From: Andalucia godoyi And28
Lineage: Eukaryota; Protista; Jakobida
NCBI GenBank assembly: GCA_009859145.1
Contig: VRVR01000015.1
Span: 175,705-239,704, forward strand
Length of the DNA stretch: 64,000 nucleotides
Reading direction: 5' to 3'
Shown in pieces: positions 41,392-51,160 of this stretch. The stretch's first letter is position 1; each line of letters starts with the position of its first letter. Below the pieces are notes generated by a model. That model searched no databases, had not been told where the DNA came from, and saw nothing but the letters and a program-made list of their open reading frames with translations. Both the position numbers and the translations under genes were made by a program.

Positions 41392-44300
41392 ATGGACTTC
41401 CGCCCACTTCTTGACCTTTCGAGGCCAACAGACATTGCGCTGCTGGAGGCATGTACGAATGCAGTTGCACAGCCCAGCGACGCTCGGTTGATGGTAGAAG
41501 CGCAGGCGGTGCTGACGCAGCTGAAGGAGCATCCAGACGCGTGGATGCGTGTTCCGCAAATACTCGAGCAAGCGCAATCCCTGCAAGCGAAGTTTTACTC
41601 TCTTCAGGTTCTAGAAGAGGCCATCAAATTCAGATGGGGCGTGCTTCCAAAAGAAGAAAGAAGCGGCATTCGTTCGTTTGTTGTTTCGCTTATCATGCGG
41701 ACTGCAGCTTCTCCAGAAGCCATGACACGCGATCGTCCGCTACTAAACAAACTCGACTTGGCACTGGTGCAGATTTTGAAACATGACTGGACTGAAAATT
41801 GGTCTTCTTTTGTTCCCGAGATTGTGGAGGCTGCACGGTCGTCTGAATCGGTTTGCGAGAATACCATGACAGTTCTGAAATTATTGTCTGAAGAGATTTT
41901 TGACTTTTCCAGAGGAGACCTTACCAGTTCGCAGGTTGCGGAGTTGAAGGGACGCTTTGAATCGGAATTCTCACTCATTTACCAGTTCTGTGAGTATGTG
42001 CTTATGTCCGCCAAGAGGCCGTCTCTGCTGAACGAAACGCTCATGGCGCTTCGTGCCTTTCTTGCATGGATTCCATCCAGATTTATCTATGAGACGAAGC
42101 TGCTTGAAACCCTTGTTGTCCGCCTTTTTCCTGCCAACGAAACGAGGAACAATGCTCTGGGACTGATGGCAGAAGTTGCCTCCATTGGCCTTTCGGATGA
42201 TATTGCAGTGATTGGCCGGCCGATTCTTGAAGACTTCTATCGCGTGTTTGTATCAAGTCTTTCGACGTTGCTTCCCGTGGAAGCGGATTTCAACAGACTC
42301 TATTCAACCTCTGAAGACGCGCAAACCTTTTTGTTGCAACTCGCGTTGTTTTTCTCGAATATGTTCAGAACACATCTCTCCTCTCTCGAAGGTAATGTTG
42401 CTTTGCATGTATTCATTCATCAAGGCCATCGATATCTCGTCAATATGTTGCGAATTGAAGAGAAGGAATTGTTCAAAATTGTTGCCGAGTATTGGCTGTG
42501 GTTTGTGTCTGATTTGTACGCGGATCTGCCGTCGTCATCAAATTCGTCTATTTCCGCGATTTCTACCTCTGTCCACTACGGCCTGAACGTGTCCAGGTCC
42601 TTCAGAGCCTCTCAACAGCTAAGCCAGTCAGCGGATCATCCCGGCCTGAAACGCCTCGCATTTTATAACGATACCATCCTTCGTGCGGTTCGAGTAGAAA
42701 TCATTAGCCACATGCAGCGGCCGGAAGAAGTGTTGATTTCGCGAGATGAGGAAGGGAAGGTTACAAAGGAGCGGTTGACGGACGTTGACGTTATTGCATT
42801 GTACAAAACGCAGAGAGAGACTTTGATTTACTTGAGCAACCTTGACCGGGATCAAACGAGGGCAATCATGCGTGCGAAACTGGATGCGCAGCGTGATCGA
42901 ACGGAATGGAGTTGGGATAATCTCAATCGATTATGTTGGGCAATTGGTTCCCTTTCCGGCACTCTTGATGAAGAGACTGAGAAAGAATTTCTCGTCGAAG
43001 TCATTCGTGAGTTGTTGGAGTTGTGCGAACATACGTCAGGCAAGGACAACAAGGCTGTAATTGCATCCAATATCATGTACGTTGTTGGCCAGTATCCTCG
43101 ATTCCTGGTGAACCACTGGAAGTTCCTGAAGACTGTTGTGAACAAACTGTTCGAGTTTATGCATGAGACTTTCGAAGGGGTGCAGGAGATGGCAGTGGAA
43201 ACGTTTCTCAAGATCGCAAAGCGCTGCAGACGTAAGTTTGCTGAGCGTCAATCCGAACCTCGTCCGTTTATCGAGGACATTATTTCGTCCATGGATACTA
43301 TAACATCCGACCTCTCTTCTGACACGAATCATATGACGTTGTTTTACGAAGCCCTTGGATGGATTATTTCCTCTGCATCATCGGAGCAGTATCGATTGTA
43401 CCTTGTCGCGCAACTGTGCGCTCGAGCCAATGGAGAATTCGCTGCTCTAGTGCTTGCAGGGCAGCAATCGGACACCCGGTCTCTTCAGTCCCCTGACGTA
43501 ATGCGTTCGCTGACTACGTTCCTGAAGACCAACGTGGCCGTTTGTTCAAGCTGCGGAGCGTCCAACTTCATTCAGCAACTGGGGCACATCTTCCTCGACC
43601 TCATGCAGATTTACAGAATTTACTCTCAACTGGTTGTCACCACAATCATGTCGAAAGGTCCTGTTGCAGCAGGTTATTTGGAAGTGAAGCTTGCTCGCAA
43701 GGTGAAAAAGATGATCTTAACGCTTGTCTCAACGTTTATCGAGAATCTTTCCGGGTCTTCTTCTGGTTCGAGCAGTGCATCGGGAGATGTTGGTGCTGAT
43801 GTTCCGGCTTCCGTTTCCGTGGTGCCGTCGGTTCCGTCCGCAGCTGCAGGCGATACTCTTCGTTTGGTTGCCACACAGTTTGTTGCTCCATTACTGGAGA
43901 GCGTTCTGATGGACTATTCTTCAGCCCCACATCCGTCAATTCGTGACGAGGAAGTTCTGGAGCTCATGACTGTTTTGATTAGTTTCCTTCCGTCGGATGA
44001 GATGGCTGGTCATTTATCTGTTATTCTTGACCATACTTTTGAACCTACTCTGCGAATGATCACGGATGACCTTCATTCCTTTCCGGGCCACCGACTTCAT
44101 CTGTTTCGTATGATTCGAGCAATTGTTGTTCGTTGTTTCTCTGCAATGTTTTCTCGCATCTCTCAACAGCATTTCAAGTTTTGTGTTGATTCTGGAGTGT
44201 GGGCTGCGAAGCATACTGACCGAGAATCGTCCGAGACGGGCCTTTCGCTGTTGCTGGATCTTTTGCAAAATATTGATGGACTCTTTCCTGGGACCACCGT

Positions 44301-44898
44301 TGCGCAGTTCCACAACCCAGTGCAAGCGGCCTTTTCGCTGTCAGCACCTCTTGGTCCTGGCCTGGTGCCGCAGATCACCTCCAATGAACAGCAGATTGCA
44401 TCCTTGTTCTATTCCTCCTACCTTGTACCGATCTTGGAAGCTGTGTTGGAAGTAATGACGGACGGTGCACACAAAGCCGGATTCAAGTTCCAGGCATTGA
44501 TTGTGATGCATATCTGCCACTTAGTTGCCCTCAACAGAGTGCCTGTTGCAATTCTATCGGCGGCGGCTCCTCAACAAAATGGCGCCGTCCTTGCAGCGTA
44601 TTTGCGTGACTTGCTCCAACGGGGATTCACAAACTTGGTTCCTACGCAGACGGCCACGATCGTGGACAAATGGTTCGATATTCGACAGGATTTCCAACAC
44701 CTCAAGGTCGACATGAGGGATTTCCTGGTTCAGCTGAAACAGTTTTCAAACAATAATCAACACTTATTTGAAGAAGAGCAACTGGCGCAACAGCGAGCTC
44801 TCGAGGAGAGACGCGCCGCCGTTCCTGGTCTTTCCGGCGCTCCTGCTGAGTATGTGTCTGCACAGGGCAATGACATGCTCAATCCGTACAATCATTGA
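41392..44898 (+). CDS. XPO1: Exportin-1 / CRM1
   Basis: LNRLCWAIGSLSG and LCEHTSGKDNKAVIASNIMYVVGQYPRFL..HWKFLKTVVNKLFEFMHE. Start placed at MDFRPLL. Confidence 0.97.
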   Translation: MDFRPLLDLSRPTDIALLEACTNAVAQPSDARLMVEAQAVLTQLKEHPDAWMRVPQILEQAQSLQAKFYSLQVLEEAIKFRWGVLPKEERSGIRSFVVSLIMRTAASPEAMTRDRPLLNKLDLALVQILKHDWTENWSSFVPEIVEAARSSESVCENTMTVLKLLSEEIFDFSRGDLTSSQVAELKGRFESEFSLIYQFCEYVLMSAKRPSLLNETLMALRAFLAWIPSRFIYETKLLETLVVRLFPANETRNNALGLMAEVASIGLSDDIAVIGRPILEDFYRVFVSSLSTLLPVEADFNRLYSTSEDAQTFLLQLALFFSNMFRTHLSSLEGNVALHVFIHQGHRYLVNMLRIEEKELFKIVAEYWLWFVSDLYADLPSSSNSSISAISTSVHYGLNVSRSFRASQQLSQSADHPGLKRLAFYNDTILRAVRVEIISHMQRPEEVLISRDEEGKVTKERLTDVDVIALYKTQRETLIYLSNLDRDQTRAIMRAKLDAQRDRTEWSWDNLNRLCWAIGSLSGTLDEETEKEFLVEVIRELLELCEHTSGKDNKAVIASNIMYVVGQYPRFLVNHWKFLKTVVNKLFEFMHETFEGVQEMAVETFLKIAKRCRRKFAERQSEPRPFIEDIISSMDTITSDLSSDTNHMTLFYEALGWIISSASSEQYRLYLVAQLCARANGEFAALVLAGQQSDTRSLQSPDVMRSLTTFLKTNVAVCSSCGASNFIQQLGHIFLDLMQIYRIYSQLVVTTIMSKGPVAAGYLEVKLARKVKKMILTLVSTFIENLSGSSSGSSSASGDVGADVPASVSVVPSVPSAAAGDTLRLVATQFVAPLLESVLMDYSSAPHPSIRDEEVLELMTVLISFLPSDEMAGHLSVILDHTFEPTLRMITDDLHSFPGHRLHLFRMIRAIVVRCFSAMFSRISQQHFKFCVDSGVWAAKHTDRESSETGLSLLLDLLQNIDGLFPGTTVAQFHNPVQAAFSLSAPLGPGLVPQITSNEQQIASLFYSSYLVPILEAVLEVMTDGAHKAGFKFQALIVMHICHLVALNRVPVAILSAAAPQQNGAVLAAYLRDLLQRGFTNLVPTQTATIVDKWFDIRQDFQHLKVDMRDFLVQLKQFSNNNQHLFEEEQLAQQRALEERRAAVPGLSGAPAEYVSAQGNDMLNPYNH

Positions 44899-45189
44899 CG
44901 ATGTGCGACGCCCGATTCTTGTGGCGTCGTTGATTTTTACATCTGAGTGTTCCAGTCGTTTCTCTCTTTCCAAATGTTGATGATGTATCCAGCATTTAAA
45001 AAAACAAACAAACAAATAACCAACACCACCAACAACAACAACAAAAGCTTCATTAGAATAATAAAACTCGTTTTTCTTGGCTTTCTTTTTCTGTCTTGCC
45101 TGCTTACAAGAAAAACAAAAAACAAAAAAAACAAAAAACAGACGCTAAATGTAGAAATTGGTGTTTTTTACCTTCATAAACATACTGTT

Positions 45190-45852
45190 TCAATTACCCT
45201 TGATAAGTTTGAAGTAAATGACAAGGAAGATCGCGGCAACGAGAATGAGAATGATGAATCCAAACAAGATCTTGTTGGTCACGATGCGTCTCGCCATTTC
45301 TCCCAAGATTCTTCGGGACCTTGAAATCTGAGTGTTTGTTTCGCTCAGATGCCCCTGGGCTCTCTGGATTTGTTCTCGCTGTTTTGAAAGTTCAGACATG
45401 ATGCCAACTCCGACTGTCTCGGTTTCCTCTGCAACTCGAGTTGCGTCTTTGATGCGGCTTCCTTGCGAAGACAAGCGGTCTGTGGATGCAACAAGACGGT
45501 CTCGATATGCCTGATTCGAATCGGCAGTTCCGGAAAGAAGCGCATCTCGCCCGCCCGCAGCAGAAGACACATCCAGTTTTGCGCGTTTCAGATCCGCCTT
45601 TGCTTTTGTAGAATCCTTTTGATAATTCGTCAACCGTTGCTTCAGCTGCTCTCGAACAGGGCCGACAGCAACCCGAGCCTCAAGAGACATTTGACGAAGA
45701 ATATCCTCCGCCTCTTCAATCTCCCTGTCCAGCGTCGCAATCATCTGTCTGCGGTTCTCACCGCTCGCCGATTGAAGAGAATCCGTGTGTCTCTTGATCG
45801 ATGCGGAAATCTCAATGTACTCTTGCTCGTAATTTTCAAAAATCTCAGCCAT
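45190..45852 (-). CDS. VTI1: Qb-SNARE Vti1
   Basis: MAEIFENYEQEY Habc domain, SNARE motif ETETVGVGIMSELSKQREQI...SRRILGEMARR, C-terminal TM. Confidence 0.93.
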   Translation of the reverse strand: MAEIFENYEQEYIEISASIKRHTDSLQSASGENRRQMIATLDREIEEAEDILRQMSLEARVAVGPVREQLKQRLTNYQKDSTKAKADLKRAKLDVSSAAGGRDALLSGTADSNQAYRDRLVASTDRLSSQGSRIKDATRVAEETETVGVGIMSELSKQREQIQRAQGHLSETNTQISRSRRILGEMARRIVTNKILFGFIILILVAAIFLVIYFKLIKGN

Positions 45853-46324
45853 TGGACACCGTTCTAAAATATTTCTTCTTCTTAAACTAGCCACCGCAAT
45901 AAAGACCCAATGAAACTGGAGAAGAAAATGAATCAAAAAGAAAGCAAAATAATAACAATAATTATTATTATAATAATGTTAAAAAAATAATAAAAAGTGA
46001 GAAGGGAAAAGACGGAAAACAGAAAAACGGTCGAGTCATAGCTGCTTCATGTCGACAGCTTGGGAACTTTTTGTGTAAGTGGCCAATTTCGAGACGGACA
46101 AAAGCTGGTAGGCAAGTTGGGGCGAGTAGGGGCGAGTGGGGGGGGATGGCGAGCGGGCCTGTTGGAGAGTACCACGGACCGTAGTGTTTGCGCGTTCCCA
46201 TCGTTTGGTCCTTTTCTCTCATCTGGCCGGCTGTTTTTGCATTCTTTTTGGATTCTTCTGTTGGCTTCCTTCGTTTTTGGTGTGCGATTTCCCATACATT
46301 TACAACATCCACAAAAAAACATAG

Positions 46325-46603
46325 ATGAAGGTATGTAGCATCACTGTGGGCATGAAAACACACAGTTTTTAATTTCTCGCTTTTTTAAAAATCCTCTACC
46401 TCCACGAAGGATCGGCTGTGTTCCACTAACGACTGCTTTCCCCCTTCCTACCCGTTCTCCCTTTCCTCTTCCCACCGCCATTACATGTGTAGGTCCGAGC
46501 ATCGATCAAGAAGATCTGCGATTTCTGCCGAATCGTCAAGCGGTCCGGAAAGCTTTTTGTGCAGTGCCCACAGACACCGAAGCATAAGCAGCGACAAGGG
46601 TGA
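46325..46603 (+). CDS. rpl36: Bacterial-type ribosomal protein bL36 (mitochondrial), 2 exons (46325-46330, 46493-46603; 38 aa)
   Basis: ATGAAG|GTATGT...CACTAAC...TAG|GTCCGA gives [38 protein letters not shown], with the C-x2-C...C...H zinc knuckle. Absent from the ORF track. Confidence 0.93.
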
Positions 46604-46865
46604 ATGAACAGTCTTAATCTCATTCTTCCCATCTCCAAAGCTCACTGTCGAATCGCGGTTTTCTTCTTCCCTTCCCAGTTGTCAGGAGAATTGTAGAATA
46701 TTTCAGTGTGGTTGTGGTTGTTATTTCGAGTATTGACGGCTCATGTTGTTTCCTTTTTTGCAAAGCGAGTTGTGTGTAAAAACTCCTAGTTTAGACTCCT
46801 TTTTCGACGTTTCCCGTTTCCTCTCTCTCTCTCTCTCTCTCCCTCCCTTTCTATGCTACACTTCA

Positions 46866-47336
46866 TCACATCGTTTCTCCCTCTTTTTCAGCTTCGGCTT
46901 CCACCTTGTTTAAGGATTTGAATTTCTTCTCGGGAGGTGGAGCTGTCAATGAAGTTCGAGGTCGGGTTTTGAACACGTATTTTTCGCGAACCACACCAAC
47001 GCACTGGTATCCTCGCGCCTTTCCAGACTCATCTGCAGAATGCCGTGCATCGTCATGAATGCGGTCATCGCTATCATCATGCATGGTCTCCGTCGTTGCT
47101 GTCGCTGCATGATGGATCTTTCGAAGAACAACGATCGGCTTTGCAAGAGCAGTTTTCTTGCCATCGAGCATAGAGTTACCGACAGTGAGGATCACTTCCG
47201 TTTCGGAACCCCCCCTTTGAATCATCTTGCCAAGCGCAAGTCCATCAAGAACCGTCACTTCACGTCCTTCAATTGCTCCTTGAAGCTCGAGAATAATCCA
47301 CGATTCGAGAGATTCGCAAAATATCGGAATCTGCAT
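46866..47336 (-). CDS. CTF8: Chromosome transmission fidelity protein 8
   Basis: SWIILELQGAIE, LTVGNSMLDGKKTALAKPIVVLRK, VVREKYVFKTRP. Confidence 0.9.
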   Translation of the reverse strand: MQIPIFCESLESWIILELQGAIEGREVTVLDGLALGKMIQRGGSETEVILTVGNSMLDGKKTALAKPIVVLRKIHHAATATTETMHDDSDDRIHDDARHSADESGKARGYQCVGVVREKYVFKTRPRTSLTAPPPEKKFKSLNKVEAEAEKEGETM

Positions 47337-47978
47337 GAGACTTGTTTGTTAAATTATGGAAAACCGAAATTGCAAATTCTGAAAAGTCGAGTTTTGAAGC
47401 ACAGGAGAAGAAAAAAACTAATAGAAAATCAGTGACAACAACAAACACCAGCAGCAAAATAACTCAGTGAAAAACAAGATAAATGGCACGAGTGCGCAAA
47501 GCACAGGAAACGAAATCTTTTTGGTGGGACTTTTTACTTCTGGGTTCTGAATTTCGTGTTGGGGCGTTTGCACGTTGCAGTCCGCGGTCTTCGGAGGTTT
47601 TATCCTCGCCGCTTTATCAAGGATGATGCGAATCGCCATTTGCGATCGTTTTCAGATCCCAATCTCTTCAGATTTATTCGGAATGGTGATTTAAATTATA
47701 GAAACACCAACAGCACAACGGACGCCAGATATGCTTTGTTTGATCGACTTTGTCGGCCCAGAGCGGAATGAGAATCGGTTTTCTTCCTCTGAGATTGCAA
47801 GCAAGACAGACACGTATTGGCCAACAACGGCACACCCTTGAAGGATTGGCGAAAGCACGGGATCATCATCCGTTGCCAAGGCTGAAGAAAGCGACGCTAA
47901 AGCCCAGAAAATCGGCTTGGGAGCTCCGAGTCCACATATTCCATATGTTTTTAGAGGGGAAACTACGTACATCCGTTT

Positions 47979-48740
47979 TCATGATGAAATTCCCACGTCA
48001 TCGATACCAGGAGGCAAATACAAGTACTCCGGATGCGGTCGATGCTGTTCCAGATTTTGGTTCGCCTCATCCACCATTCGTCTTCTGTTCAGATTGCGCG
48101 AGGCCCAGAAGAGCTCCAGCAATCGCGTCCAGAACAGAGAATTGTCCAGTACATGGTCCTCCTCTCCACAAAATCGGTGATGCCAATACAAACACGACGG
48201 ATGCTTGGACAGAATCACAGTAATCGAGTCTTCCTCGTCGGTACTGTAATCCATCCGGGCTTTCCTTCTCGCTGGAACTCGCGACAGCAGCCGGTTCGGA
48301 GAGAGCCTGCGAAGGAAGAAATCTACTTCTTCGTCAGTTGAAAATGGGAAATCCATACGAGACGGTGATACTTGAGAAGACATATACAGAATACTCGAAG
48401 AACCATCTTCTCCATAGTCATCTTCATCTTCATAGGATGCATCATCGTTGTCATCGAGGTCAGCACCCTGCTCACCGACATCCGCAACGCCAGCCGCACA
48501 AGCACCGTCGGTCTCGGCTTTTCCTGCTTTCGCACGAGCAGCCACACTGTGGCTCTCATCCGAATGGGAGGCTAAGGGCTGGACCGGCTTTTCAGAACCA
48601 GCCGAGTATTCACGGACTTGCTGCAGTAGATCCACAGAAGAAGCAGGCGAAGAAGCCGGGTCCAAAGAAGAAGAAGAAGGATGTTCCTCTTCCACGATCG
48701 CATCATATACCGTACTCACAAAGCGTGACAGCCACGACAT
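47979..48740 (-). CDS. Hypothetical protein with possible BSD domain
   Basis: MSWLSRFVSTVY start, acidic linker, and ILSKHPSCLYWHHRF...LFWTRLL resembling the BSD FW motif. Confidence 0.6.
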   Translation of the reverse strand: MSWLSRFVSTVYDAIVEEEHPSSSSLDPASSPASSVDLLQQVREYSAGSEKPVQPLASHSDESHSVAARAKAGKAETDGACAAGVADVGEQGADLDDNDDASYEDEDDYGEDGSSSILYMSSQVSPSRMDFPFSTDEEVDFFLRRLSPNRLLSRVPARRKARMDYSTDEEDSITVILSKHPSCLYWHHRFCGEEDHVLDNSLFWTRLLELFWASRNLNRRRMVDEANQNLEQHRPHPEYLYLPPGIDDVGISS

Positions 48741-49001
48741 TTGACCATGAACTTTGCAGCGTGTCTTTCTTGAAGTTTGCGCCAAAAAATACAAACAAAC
48801 GAACACAATATAATAATTAAAAGGAAGAAGGAAAAATGGGAGAAAGAAGAATGAAGCAGAGTGAATTAGAGACACCTTTGCGTTTTCACAGAAACACGGA
48901 CACACACAAGCCTCCCGAGTTCGACAGCTGTCAACCAGCTTGAGCCTCCAGGGTTTGCGTTCACTTTTGATTTAAGAGGCTGCGTTGTACATGTCTGTAC
49001 T

Positions 49002-49530
49002 ATAATAACACGCCATTGTCATGCATGCGGGAAGTATGCATAAACAGACACGGTCAATGCTGGCCGACACTAGCACGTTTGTTTCACAGGAATTCGTGCT
49101 TTCGCACGCTCGGCCAGAATTCAGCCGGTGACACAGGCTCTGCATTTTCGACACGATTTAACGCAGCATCCGTAGCCATCTATCATTCTGTCATTCGTTG
49201 GTTTCACGTTTTTGGTTTCGCTTTTTGCAGCGTTTTGTTCCATAAGGCGACCGAGTATCGCGAGCGCCATGCTGCCATCGTGACGGAGGAGTGCACGTCC
49301 AAAACGCGCGGGTGCTGCGGTGAGATCCATGCACGTCGAGGCGGAAGCAGCAAAGTGTTTGCATGTCCCGCGTGCAGCTCACCAATTGATCGAGATTGGG
49401 AACGGAGCGCGGAACATTTATCTGAAGAACGCCGTGGGGCGTGTTGGGGCCTATCCCCTTCGCGGCAACGGGATGCAGGATTGAATATGCATGTCCATTC
49501 GTAGTTATGCATGTTCAGTGTATAATGTAG
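49002..49530 (+). mobile_element. Non-autonomous Fanzor2/TnpB-derived element, copy B
   Basis: Same length and boundaries as 5903-6431, with 9 substitutions. Keeps the canonical IDRDW but has lost the first zinc-ribbon Cys (TRGCC). Shares the +1 shift before NGARNI. Confidence 0.88.
49429..49530 (+). ncRNA. Candidate omegaRNA scaffold 3' part (copy B)
   Basis: Hairpin at 49483-49516 with a TTCG loop; its outer stem is better paired than in copy A. Confidence 0.55.
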
Positions 49531-49714
49531 GCGCTCGCCCAGAGAAGTGGTCTTGCCGAGGCGCTGTGTCAACGTCGGGGAATCCGAAAAGAAGGATGCG
49601 GGGTTCGATGTTTTTATTAGAGAAAAGAAATAAAAAGGAGAACCAAGTCTTCCGAGTCGTCGGTGAGAGGAAAATCGCGCGATCAGAAGCCAAGACACCT
49701 GGTTCAGCGATCTT

Positions 49715-50626
49715 TTAAGAGGAGACCTCCATGTGCTCGGTCTTGACAGACGGAAGATCTTGCTTGATCGGCGCTTCTTTTTGCAGGTTGGAAGAAGCTG
49801 TCTTTGTTTCCGGTTCATCGAGAATTTCGTCTGGGATGTCTTCTCCTTCCCGAGCGCCGATCATGATCATTTCACAGCCGACATAATCCAGAAATTCCGG
49901 CTCCAAAGCTGCGTACCGTTGTTGTCGGAACCTTGAGCGCAGTTCATTCGGATAGGTCGCCTTTTGTCCCGTGTCAAGTCCAGCCCACGACGGTTGCCCT
50001 GCTTCTGGATTTTTGACATTGATCACATAACTGGCTTTTCTGCAGATGTTGAACTCGTCCTGCAGCTCCCCTAATTCTTCCGGATCGTCCACTTCGTATG
50101 TCAAATACGATTTTCGTTCATCCTTCTTCACAATCTGGTATTTCCCCTCTGCGACAGCTCTTGCGTCGGGCAAGTGGCGTTTTCCACGTGTCTTGGTGTC
50201 GTACTCCTCTCCTTCTAATTGATGCAAAATGTCTTTTTGATCCCCTACGACTTCACAGAACGCCCAGAATGCCTGATGTGATTTAATTTCCGGGAGCCTC
50301 TTTCTTCCGACCACAATGTCTCGATACACATGTTTGTCTTTGGGTACAAGCACCAAATAGAGTCGCTGCACGTCATTGATGTTGGAGGCGCCTTGGAGCT
50401 TTTGAACCTTGGGTCGATATACGAAATAGATATTTCCTTCTTCCAGTACTCCTGTTAGCGATGCTGAAGTATCATCAGTCAGAGGAGACCGGGATTCTGC
50501 GTCCAGGGCCGCAGAGGGTTCTCGGGCCGTTTTGGATTTTAGACCAGACTGGTCTCGTGACAGCTTTCCGGTGGTCGTGCGTCTTCTTGAAGAAGCAGCA
50601 GCAGCCTTCCTTGATCCGCGCGCCAT
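49715..50626 (-). CDS. Conserved hypothetical protein of a family seen in bacteria, haloarchaea and fungi
   Basis: LEEGNIYFVYRPKV, DVQRLYLVL, IVVGRKRLP, YDTKTRGKRH..ARAVAEGKY, YVINVKNP, PEFLDYVG. Start placed at MARGSRK. Confidence 0.75.
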   Translation of the reverse strand: MARGSRKAAAASSRRRTTTGKLSRDQSGLKSKTAREPSAALDAESRSPLTDDTSASLTGVLEEGNIYFVYRPKVQKLQGASNINDVQRLYLVLVPKDKHVYRDIVVGRKRLPEIKSHQAFWAFCEVVGDQKDILHQLEGEEYDTKTRGKRHLPDARAVAEGKYQIVKKDERKSYLTYEVDDPEELGELQDEFNICRKASYVINVKNPEAGQPSWAGLDTGQKATYPNELRSRFRQQRYAALEPEFLDYVGCEMIMIGAREGEDIPDEILDEPETKTASSNLQKEAPIKQDLPSVKTEHMEVSS

Positions 50627-51160
50627 CACCACACAATCCCAGTTCGTTTTGCAAGACAAACGAGAGAATCGGAAAGTTCCGAGTGGAGGAATTCTGTTGT
50701 TCTTTGCGCTCTCACACATGGCGTGTGTGCACTGTGGTTGTTTGCGTGTTGGGAAAAGGGCGGGCATCACATGAAATGTAAGGTCTGTTGAACTTCCAGC
50801 AGCAGCCCATTTCTTTGAACTGCTTGTCACAAAGGCCTGCGGTTTCCGGCGGTGTTCATGCGAATCGGGGAAATCACGAGCAAAGTAACACAGTGCGATG
50901 ATTGTACTATTATAAAGTCGAGATATGATAACGTTACGCGCGGGACGGAGGCCGAAGTGGCGATGAATTTCCACTGCAGATATGTTGTTGTTGTTGTTGC
51001 TGTTGCTGTTTTGATCGTCGCTCACAATGTAAATACATTCGGGTGGAACGCGGAAAGCTCGCTGAACAGTCTTGTGTGTGAATGAATGAACGAGTGAGTG
51101 AAAGCGAAATTGAGAGAGAGAGAGAGAGAGAGCGAAAGAGCGTGCGTGTGCGGGTGTGTG

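Noticed and set aside
47470-47980. Plus-strand ORF fragments between CTF8 and the BSD-like gene
   Set aside because: No recognisable motif or convincing splice model, and they partly overlap the antisense gene.
49531-49615. tRNA-like string just after ghost copy B (AGTGGTCT..GGCG, ATCC/GGAT stem, GGTTCGAT, then TTTTT)
   Set aside because: No 3' T-stem or acceptor strand, and the anticodon stem pairs poorly. At most a degenerate fragment; tRNAscan-SE would settle it.
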